A stretch of 32,000 nucleotides of DNA from Zygophlyctis sp. KS116 (Eukaryota; Fungi; Chytridiomycota): the NCBI GenBank assembly GCA_054661495.1, contig BAAFSQ010000033.1, forward strand, positions 1-32,000, given 5' to 3'. Each line of letters starts with the position of its first letter. Positions within the stretch are counted from its first letter, which is position 1. The notes beneath the pieces were generated by a model. It was not told where the DNA came from. It saw nothing but the letters and a program-made list of their open reading frames with translations, and did no database searches. This document shows, one piece after another, positions 12,984 through 21,799 of the stretch. A program made the position numbers and the translations under genes.

Positions 12984-13948
12984 TCATGCCTGTTCCTTTC
13001 CGGGACCTATCAAAGATTCCAATTGTTTACAATAAGTTTCCAACTGATTAAGAATAAACAATGACTCTAGTCGGGAAGGCTCGGCGGTTATGGTTCTCTG
13101 ACAATTAAAATAACTGAACTTACATCAACATTCCTCTTAGTTTTAGATTGATCTTTTCCCATTGCTCTGGACCATCCTTGCCATTTCCAAGCCTCATGAC
13201 CAAATTCATCCAAACAATCACCCATGAATTCAAAGTGACGCTTTAGGTATTCTTCAACATCTAATTCATTGCCATTGGTTGAAACTCTGGAAAATTCCAA
13301 AGGAGGATAATTTAGCCCTGATTCTTTAATCACATTTTTGGGCTCTGGTTCTAATAAATGTGCATTTTTGATATAAATAGGGATAGATTCGAAAACATCG
13401 TAAATTGACATTTCTGCCATATCAGCCATTCCAAATTTACTAGATTCAAATTTGGCCATAAACGATTCAGTGAGTCTTAATGCTAGCAGATTGAATTTAC
13501 CCGTTTGAGTGCATGCTGGATCATATATTAGCAGAACAGCTTGAGGGAATGTATTCTGATAAGAAACTTGTGTCTCAATTAGCCCTAAATTCCAATAAGA
13601 CCCTAACCATGTTGAAGTGTACCAGCCGACAGTGTTTGCATCATAGTTTAATTGCTTCATAGTACTCAGCATTGATGTTTGAAATTCCTGAGCAGATTCA
13701 GAATCGGTGGGGAGTCCAAAAGACTGTGTGATTTCTAATTTATCTTTGATGTCAAGCCCTAGTAGTTGCCCTGTGGCGCTTGCTGGAGAAACTACTTTTA
13801 AATGCTCCTGAATGTCCAAAATTACTAATGCATCCACTTCAACTCTAGATAATTTAGCGACAGAAAGGAGATCAGGATCGAGACCTTCCAAGTTGATGTT
13901 TTCTAGAGCCTGGCTCCGAATACTTTCCATGTCGATTGATTCAACCAT
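12984..13948 (-). CDS. EIF3H: Translation initiation factor eIF3 subunit H (MPN domain), 2 exons
   Basis: ATGQLLGLD..LEITQSF, YDANTVGWY, IETQVSYQ, LIYDP; intron 13098-13123 adds last exon EPSRLESLFILNQLETYCKQL typical of the eIF3h C-terminus; stop at 12984-12986. Confidence 0.88.
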
Positions 13949-14014
13949 CAAAAGATTTTTTCTATAACCCTCAACTATTTTTCTTCCTGAAAAAGGTTTT
14001 ATTTTTTACTATTC

Positions 14015-16230
14015 CTAGGCATCAACACTGTCCTTTTGATTTTCAACCGAGTCGAGCTATGTAATCATTAAAAAGAATTTACCAGTTTTGAAATTTCTAA
14101 TGCCCGTAATGTTATACAAGTATCTAATCCTGCCATTTGAGCTGCTTGAATTCCATAATTTTCTACTTTACATACTCCGTCCGAAACAGTGTACAGGTAA
14201 TTGATATGTGGATTTCCAACAGTATTCTCCATACAAACGTTTAATTGAAGATTAATGACATTCAAATTATTTGCAAAATACTTGTAAAGCTTGGTAAAGT
14301 GAGTTGCGAAAAATATAAAAGAATTACGATTGAGTAAGTAATTACAAATAGCAAATGATATAGACAGTCCATCACTAGCTGAAGTTCCCCGGCCAAGTTC
14401 ATCTATAATAACCAAAGAATTTTCTGTTAGATTATGTAGAATTAGAGACATTTGCTGCATTTCTACCATGAAATTAGAGGCATTTGCATCAAGATTATCA
14501 TCAGAACCAATTCTAGTAAATATTCGATCACATAGACGGAAAGATGCATATTCAGCCGGAACAAACATTCCAGTTTGTGCCATAACTGATAACAAGCATA
14601 TTTGGCCAAGATAGGTAGACTTGCCACTCATATTAGGCCCAGTAATGAAAACTAAATTGGCTTCCATGCTTGCATAAGTATCATTGGGAACAAAAGAATC
14701 TATAGAAATTGATCTTATAGGATGTCTTCCTTTTTTAATCGCCAACGTATCGGTAAACTCGGGTCGGACTATACTTTACAAAATTCAAAGTACCTAACTG
14801 ATTTAAACTAGAAAAATGAGCAAAAGATTGAATCATATCCAACATTGCTAAACATTCTGATACCTTATACAAGACTGATGCTTTAGAACGTACAAAATGA
14901 ATAATATCTAGAATTGCCTTGTCACTCATTAGATAAACTTCAGTTAAAGATTCGTGTATTCTTTCATTCAAAGACATCTAATCTTTTAATTTCTTGTATA
15001 TATTACCAATTTTAATGTAGTAAAAACTACATTTTTACGTTTCTTATTTACATTGATAAATTCCAGAGCTAGATTTTTTGTACCAAGATCCTGTTCTGGA
15101 ATTGACATGAAAAATCCCATATTAACTTCAAAGTTTGTTTTTATGGGTAGATCATACTTTTCAGAATAAAACTTGATTAAATCATACACATCGTCTGTTG
15201 TCTCCTTGTAAGTCTGTCTTGCCACGTCCAAAAGCCCATTATATCCCGACTTGACTGCAAAACACCTTTGATGTCGTAATCCAATTGAACTTTTTTGATA
15301 AACTACATCTTCATTTATAACATTATCAATCATTTCCAATATTTCATTTAATGATTCATGACTGAGAATATTATGGATTGTAGATAACAGTGAACTTTTG
15401 AAATTCTGTAGCTGATCAACTAGTTCTAAAATCGTTTTAAGTAGCAACTTTAGCGATAAAATATGGTTAATAGACTGTTCAGCATGTTTAACACATGGTT
15501 TTTGAGAAATCAGATTCATTCCTCTAACAATCACATCTAAATCTGGAGATTTCTTGAGCAAGTTTTTAACAAGAGTTGAATCAATTTCCTGAACCGCATC
15601 TAGTCTATTATTAATAAGATTTTCATCATATAAAGGCTGACACAATGACATTCTGAGCAATCTTTTCCCCATTCTTGTAACTGTATGATCTAATACCTTT
15701 AATAGACATAGATCTGATGAATTACCACGAATGATTTCAAGATTTCTGATTGTAATAACATCTAATAGTAGAATTCCCTGTAAACTTTGAACAGAAAATG
15801 TCAAAGATTTGGGAGTGAGCGAAATATTGGATTCAGCCCAAGTAAATAAAGCCGACAGAGCAGCCAATGCGTAGAATTGATCAGTCGCACATATATTAAT
15901 TGAGCCATCGCAAGAGTATTTCTTTAGAAAATCTAATCCAAGAGAATCATTAAAGTATTTACGTTGTAGAAAAACAATGTCCAGATCAAATGATTCTTTA
16001 ATAAGAGACACTATTTTACAATTATTATCGGGTAAAATAACAACAGAGGGATCATTAGTAAGGACGATTGAAAGAGTTTTTGCAAAAGTGCAAGTGTCCG
16101 AAATTTGTAAAAGTTTACAAGAATTAAAATTCAAGATGGAAATTCCTATTTCTGATTCTCCCCTTCCTGGAGCTAAACTAATTATGCAGTCTTCCTGCCC
16201 AGAGATTGATGATTTTGGTCTCGTTGACAT
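14015..16230 (-). CDS. MSH4: Meiotic MutS homolog Msh4, 4 exons
   Basis: No mismatch-binding domain I; RHQRCFAVKSGYNGLLDVARQTYKE, VRPEFTDTLAIKKGRHP, Walker A ITGPNMSGKSTY, IIDELGRGTS, FATHF. Introns 14978-15006, 14769-14793, 14057-14082 (last exon LDSVENQKDSVDA*). Confidence 0.93.
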
Positions 16231-16512
16231 TATAGAAACTAGAATCGCAACGGCGCAAACCCTTATTATAGAATTTTTATTAATATTTCATTAATTTTAA
16301 TGTTAAGTTAACAATGCCATTGAGATCGTCTTGCAAAGAGCGTGATCATCAGCTTGAATTAGATATTTTAGTTTTTCAAGAATGAATGTACTTTCATGCT
16401 GTGAAATGACATCAGCCCGGCAAATATGCATTAAATTCACTCTCTAAAGGAACTTGTCTAACATTGCAAAAATGTTATGATCCAAGGTTTACAGAGAATA
16501 TGCAACAGATCG

Positions 16513-17844
16513 CTATGCTTGTGAAAACTCACGTCGCGATTTCTGAAAGAGATATAGACAGTATAATACTTTATGGATAGGAATCAAGTTATACATTATA
16601 ATGATTCCGCCGATGCATGGAACAGATATAAGAGATAATTCAAGCGTCCCTTTGTCGTTTTCACTCAAAATATCAGCGCCTTCTACTGATAAATTTACCA
16701 TTGTTCCTATCCATGAAGCCTCGAGAAAGGAAAATACTAGTAATGCAACTATTTTTAGAAATTATAAATTACATAATTCGATTATAATGATTGCAAGAGT
16801 AAAAATTGTTGATGAAAAATTAAATAGAGTTTTATCAGTTTCTGGAAGTGACAAGATCCAATTCAAACAATGATAATTTCCACTAGTAATGCAGGTGAAT
16901 AATGACATTCCAGAAGACATATTAACATCTATAATTTAAATGAATGGAGAAATTACTTAAAATCAAAAGTGAAGATTGTAATCCTGATAAACTTCCAATT
17001 TCACAACATGATTTAAGAATATATTCACCTCTTAAATCTAAATCTTCATTTGTAAGTCCCTTGATAGCTATTCCCAAGGATTCATCATATTTTGAATTTT
17101 GACCCAAAAGCACTCTACGCACATATGCCCAATAAATTAGACGCTGGAGAGTAGATGATCTTGTATGTATTTTACCATATTCAAGTAAAACATTTGCAAC
17201 TTCAGTCTTACATTCAAGCAATGACTTTTGAAATGAAGAATGTAAACTTTCAAGTGGCAATTCATCCCCAGAATTAGATTTTAGAATTAATCTCGCCAAA
17301 CATGGATTATTCCATTCTACAGCTACTGTTTTAGAGAATGATGTCATATACATTTTTCTAATAATGAGACTGTTCTTCCTCTAATTGGGCGAAAAGATCT
17401 ATTCCCATAATTCATAGTAATTGATCTTTTAAACCAATTATTACTAGTCTTTACCTGTATATTCGCATTAGCGCCAAGACCAATAAAGTATTCAGCAATT
17501 CTTAAATGCCCAATGTATCCCGCATATATTAATGCATCGTCTAAATTTCCAAGATCGGACACTTGTATTATTTGTACAAGAATATCAAGTTGATACTTTT
17601 CTTGCTTGCAAACAAGATCAGATGTAGCGTAAATACAATTACAAGGTTTCTTCATGAATCCAAGTCTCCAACAATGCTTAAATACTAGAGATTTGTATTT
17701 ATGTGCCAACCACGCACCTCTTATCCTCGCTGATTTAGAGATTGCGTACAAAAGGCGATCAACTCTGTGTAAGTTTATGTTTTGAGAATAAACAAAAATT
17801 ATTTCTATAATCTCAATAGGCAAATTCAGCAGCAATCTATTCAT
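16513..17844 (-). CDS. F-box-like N-terminus + ankyrin-like repeats + C-terminal hydrophobic segments, about 417 aa, 4 exons
   Basis: LLNLPIEIIEIIF (F-box-like start); ALIYAGYIGHLRIAEYFIGLGANAN (ankyrin). Introns 17326(or 17323)-17351, 16929-16956, 16749-16772 join ORFs 17344-17844, 16922-17353, a hidden exon (NVNMSSGMSLFTCITSGNYHCLNWILSLPETDK...) and 16513-16701. Confidence 0.75.
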
Positions 17845-17895
17845 GACGTCTAAAATAGATCTGAATCTAAATTTCCGTTTGTCTGATCGGACATT

Positions 17896-19107
17896 ATGAA
17901 AAGTCCAAATCCATTTCCTGGAGAGATCTGGTGTCTAATCTATTTAAATTTACAAGATCCAATTCCTCTAACTAGAACAAATCGCTATTTAAAACTGCTT
18001 TTGGATAATCCATTCATGATCACACAATGGATTATCCATAGATACACTCTAGAATTTGCATTTATGGGAGCTCTAAACTGGTATTTAGACCAAGATCATA
18101 AATGTATACAATCTAAATGCAATCTTGAAACTAGACAAATTCAAGTTGCTAGTTATTTAATATCAATGAATTTTATGGCAAGTGATCTAGAAGAATATGT
18201 CATGAAGGATGCTTCTAATATGAGACATTTACGATACGTTGAATGGATTCTCAATTCTCAGTCTGAAAATACAGATCTTACTCCAAGATGTAATTTATTA
18301 TTAGAAGCTATTGATGCACATGACGATGCATTAATACAACTTCTTTCATCTTATAAAGCTACTACACAAAAAGCAATTGAAACTGCATTTACTCGGGAAT
18401 TAAGTCCAATCTTGTTTAATACTCTTGTACAAGAATTAGAGCCTTCTATTAATCTAATAATGTCTTGTTTAAGTAAATCTGCAGTCAAAAAATGGTTTTC
18501 TTTCAAGAAAAGACAAGATGAAACTTTTGAAAGGATTCATTCTCTCTTTAAGAGGATGTCTGATCAAGTTTTTAGAGAAAATGCAGACCAATTAATGATT
18601 TCAGCATCAGAATTAGGATCAATTACTCTAGTAAAACATTTAAAAGACAGAGGTGGAAACATTAATTTAGAAAGAGGAGCGGCATTATATACAGCCTTAC
18701 TTGTTGGAAACATTTCACTCATTAAATACCTGGTTAGTTTACCTGAAACTTCTCTAGATATTTTTAGTATTCCTAGAGCAACTTTAATTACAATTTGTAT
18801 ATTAGATCATGTAGCAGTTTTATATGCATTAATCTCTACAACAACATCTGTAACCATGTCTCTAATCTGCAAATCTCAAGGTTATGCCGGATCTACCTTG
18901 AACGTTATAGCCTTTGACTATAATAATACATGTACAGATACTTTAGATGGACATTTAGAACAACAATTAGTAGGATGTTTATTTTCTTTTGTATTATTTC
19001 TATTACTACAAATTGTCATGCCTTTATATGGAATATCTGGATCATTACTTACAATCCTGTTCTACAAGAGGCAAAGGGGATCCGTACATCCTACTCTAGA
19101 CACTTGA
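17896..19107 (+). CDS. Intronless F-box-like/ankyrin-like/membrane protein, paralog of the divergent neighbour
   Basis: FPGEIWCLIYL start; LMISASELGSITLVKHLKDRGGNIN and ALYTALLVGNISLIKYLV ankyrin-like repeats; hydrophobic C-terminal segments followed by basic tail YKRQR. Confidence 0.8.
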   Translation: MKSPNPFPGEIWCLIYLNLQDPIPLTRTNRYLKLLLDNPFMITQWIIHRYTLEFAFMGALNWYLDQDHKCIQSKCNLETRQIQVASYLISMNFMASDLEEYVMKDASNMRHLRYVEWILNSQSENTDLTPRCNLLLEAIDAHDDALIQLLSSYKATTQKAIETAFTRELSPILFNTLVQELEPSINLIMSCLSKSAVKKWFSFKKRQDETFERIHSLFKRMSDQVFRENADQLMISASELGSITLVKHLKDRGGNINLERGAALYTALLVGNISLIKYLVSLPETSLDIFSIPRATLITICILDHVAVLYALISTTTSVTMSLICKSQGYAGSTLNVIAFDYNNTCTDTLDGHLEQQLVGCLFSFVLFLLLQIVMPLYGISGSLLTILFYKRQRGSVHPTLDT

Positions 19108-19203
19108 ATTTAGTGTCTAAATTACTAGTACTACAAATACTAGTAATATCAGTAAGAAATATCAGTAAGAAAGGCTAGAAAAAAAAAAGAAAAAATTGGA
19201 AAA

Positions 19204-19560
19204 ATGAATAAACTTGTCGTCTCATCTCCACATCCATTCTCTGGAATAAGACTCTTAAAAAGACAAAAAATCCCAAATTCTCACATCCAACAAGAATATC
19301 TACAAACTCTAATAGAAACTCAGAAATTTCATCATGAATTTTGGACTTTTCAGAATTCAGAATTTAAATCTACAAATCTCTCAGACTCTGAATTCCTTAA
19401 AAGTTGTAAAAAGAGACATTCTCTCTATTATAAAGATTGGATGATTTTAAATTTTAAACTCTTGTATCTGGGATATTTAGATTTCTTCTCTGAAATTAGA
19501 TACTCTTATAAACCACTTAAATTTATTGGTTTTAGAACACAAGGAATTACTGTGCGGTGA
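19204..19560 (+). CDS. COA8: COA8/APOPT1-like cytochrome c oxidase assembly factor
   Basis: PHPFSGIR, FHHEFWTFQNSEF, EFLKSCKKRHSLYYKDWMILNF resemble recalled APOPT1 family motifs (PPDxxSNLRP; FWxxxNxxF; FLxxNxxxHxxYNxxWYxxN). Confidence 0.65.
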   Translation: MNKLVVSSPHPFSGIRLLKRQKIPNSHIQQEYLQTLIETQKFHHEFWTFQNSEFKSTNLSDSEFLKSCKKRHSLYYKDWMILNFKLLYLGYLDFFSEIRYSYKPLKFIGFRTQGITVR

Positions 19561-19928
19561 TATTATTTGATTCTTCACTGTTTCTCTAGTATGTTATTAA
19601 ATAATCTCACCTTTTCTAATAATTCATCAATTCTTGACTGTAATTCGTCAACTTTTCTCTTTAAATCATCATTTTCGTGTTTTATAGCTTCTACATCAAT
19701 CTCTGATGGACCTCCTAGAAATTGTTTTAAGTAATCTATAGGAGACTCTGGTTTTTCAGGTTCTTCATAGAGTCCAACCAGGACTAGACTTAGTATTTTA
19801 TAATTACCTTTAGTAAGAGCATCGACAATTCCATTTCTTTCCAAATATTTACGAAAATCTTCTTTTTTCTGATCTGCAGCCTATGGTTAATCTTTTAAAG
19901 AGTAAAAGAGTACCTGATACGTGGACAT
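19547..19928 (-). CDS. MYCBP: c-Myc-binding protein homolog (MYCBP/AMY-1), 4 exons
   Basis: Spliced: MSTYQ|AADQKKEDFRKYLERNGIVDALTK|VLVGLYEEPEKPESPIDYLKQFLG...; introns 19881-19913, 19784-19807, 19586-19610. If the last intron is not spliced the stop is at 19575. Confidence 0.9.
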
Positions 19929-19961
19929 TTTGTAGATTACTTTACTTCGGAAATTACTTTA

Positions 19962-20019
19962 CTAGTCTACTACTCTAGTCTACTACTCTAGTGCTAGAGT
20001 CTATAGTCTATAGTCTAGT
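19962..20019. repeat. Low-complexity CTAG/CTAC micro-repeats in the divergent MYCBP/CBS promoter
   Basis: ctagtctactact ctagtctactact ctagt followed by agtctat agtctat agtctag. Confidence 0.75.
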
Positions 20020-20086
20020 GCTCTTAAGAGTCTAAAGTCGACCATACGACACTAAAGGGATATAAGACTATTAAAAAAAGGTGGAA

Positions 20087-20896
20087 ATGACGAGAAATCT
20101 AATCACAATTCAGGCTTCTTCTTCTCTCTTTCAAGCCTTGAATCTCTTTAAAACTCATAAAGTATCAACTCTAGTTGTAGTAGGAAAGAATTTTATTTCT
20201 GCAGGAGGAAGAATTGATATTTTTACAAGTCAAGGAGATCAAGTTGTTGGATTAGTGACGGCTTTAGATCTATCTAGAATTGTTTTGGAATTGGATTTTC
20301 AGGATTTAGAAAAGATTTCTGTTTTAAATGCAATCGGTGAATCGCTAGAGTCGCAATCTCTTTGGGTTTTACCTTTAAATTCAAGTCTCTCTTCTCTTTT
20401 GGAATTGTTTTCTAAAGGAATTCATTCTGTTTTTCTAAAGGATGATGAGAATTTAGAAATTTTTACTAGAATGGATCTTGTTAAAATTCTATTAGATAAA
20501 GTCAATCTAAAGACTCTAGTCAAGGAAATTCCTTTAAAAAAACATGTTGAAAAAGTATCTTGTGATGAATCTCTTTTAAAAGTTTTACAAGAAATGTCTA
20601 AAAATCAAATTTATGCTCTTCCTATTACAGAAAATGAAAAGTTGGTTGGGACAATTTCTCTTTCAGACTTTAAAAATGTTATTTCACAAGAAAATCTACA
20701 AGATTTAACTCTGGTTAGTTTTAAGGATTCTGGAAAAGTTTCTAGAGGGACTTGTAATTTTGATGATTCTTTAGAAATTGTATTATCAAAAATACTAAAT
20801 GGACATATTCATAGACTGTGGATTTTAGAGGATGAGAAGCCTGTAGGAGTCTTGTCAATTTCTGATATTTGCAAGTTTTTGCATTCCAAGATGTGA
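20087..20896 (+). CDS. Four-CBS-domain protein (Sds23/AMPK-gamma-like)
   Basis: CBS repeats: VVGLVTALDL, GIHSVFL..IFTRMDLV, IYALPITENEKLVGTISLSDF, HIHRLWILEDEKPVGVLSISDI; first ATG at 20087 (ORF track starts at GTG 20081). Confidence 0.85.
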   Translation: MTRNLITIQASSSLFQALNLFKTHKVSTLVVVGKNFISAGGRIDIFTSQGDQVVGLVTALDLSRIVLELDFQDLEKISVLNAIGESLESQSLWVLPLNSSLSSLLELFSKGIHSVFLKDDENLEIFTRMDLVKILLDKVNLKTLVKEIPLKKHVEKVSCDESLLKVLQEMSKNQIYALPITENEKLVGTISLSDFKNVISQENLQDLTLVSFKDSGKVSRGTCNFDDSLEIVLSKILNGHIHRLWILEDEKPVGVLSISDICKFLHSKM

Positions 20897-21038
20897 AATG
20901 TTTAATGTTTACATTTTATGGTTGCAAGTATAGTCTAGATTTTAGAATTTTCTAGTAAGACTTTAAATACATTTAGTAAGATTTCTAATCAAAATTCCAA
21001 AAAGTGAAATCTGTTCAATAATCGCGGAACAAAGATAA

Positions 21039-21295
21039 TTAGATCCAACACTGAAAAATATCGAAATCTGGACAGATGCCAGTTTACAGAAACAAGAAAC
21101 TTTAGATAATCATAAAATGGGAGCAGCAGTTACCTTTTGGCACAATGATGTAAAAATAGATCAGATTTTAATTAGCATAGTAACTCATCTTGTACAAAAA
21201 CAGAATTAATAGGGATCCCTGTTGCATTTCGTAAATGTCATGATCATCAACAAATCAAGTTATATACAAACAAAAACACCAATAATTTATCTTAA
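21039..21295 (+). pseudogene. Degenerate RNase HI-like fragment, probably a non-LTR retrotransposon relic
   Basis: Frame 21039-21209: KNIEIWTDASLQ...KMGAAVTFW; shifted frame 21179-21295: SSCTKTELIGIPVAFRKCHDHQQIKLYTN. These match the RNase H order xTDGS...GxGV...S/TxxAELxAIxxAL...IYTDS, with a frameshift and the third Asp changed to Asn. Confidence 0.6.
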
Positions 21296-21799
21296 AAATC
21301 AAATCATAAATGAATATCCTACAAGAAAACTTCAAAGAAGTTAATAACAGTTACATGTTGGAAAAACGAGGAAAACGTATCAGAGGAGGGTCCTCAATCC
21401 GTTGTGGGAGAGGAAGTGAAGGAAGGGGCAGATCTAGAGAGGATCTGTGACTAAAAGGAAGGTCCAGTGTCCGAGCTGGAGCCTGGTTCTAATTTGTAAG
21501 GTAGACACTTAATGTCTATCTAAAGGCAACTCACCAAGGTTGAAGCAAAAATGTCTTTTGCTCAATGTCTTATTTGTACTACATGTAGTCCTTGTTATAT
21601 TATCCATAATTCAAGCGTTGGAATCAAAAATCTTCATCATTAAATTAATGAATCGTTGGAAACAAAGGATATTTAAATAGTCAAAGACTTTCTCTATGGA
21701 TCATAAGTATTCACAAAAAGAACACTGGATAATGGATTTAAATATGAATTTTTGATAGCATGTAGTTGCCTTTTAAATAAAAAAATAATATTTGTTTTG

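Noticed and set aside
16300-16435. 42-aa minus-strand ORF (MHICRADVIS...) upstream of MSH4
   Set aside because: Short, no motif, and expected by chance; could be a uORF but is unsupported.
17426-17454. Apparent 29-nt intron gtaaag...aaaag in the minus-strand ankyrin gene
   Set aside because: Splicing it leads to an in-frame stop within 9 codons, whereas the unspliced frame stays open.
21125-21165. CCTTTTGGC resembling U2 snRNA stem I
   Set aside because: The invariant downstream AAGATCAAGTGTAGTATCTG branch-pairing sequence is absent.
21455-21735. GGAAGGTCCAGTG...ACACTGGA as an RNase P/MRP RNA P4 pseudoknot
   Set aside because: No P1/P2/P3 pairing partners or bulged-U geometry are visible; kept only as part of the unexplained-tract finding.
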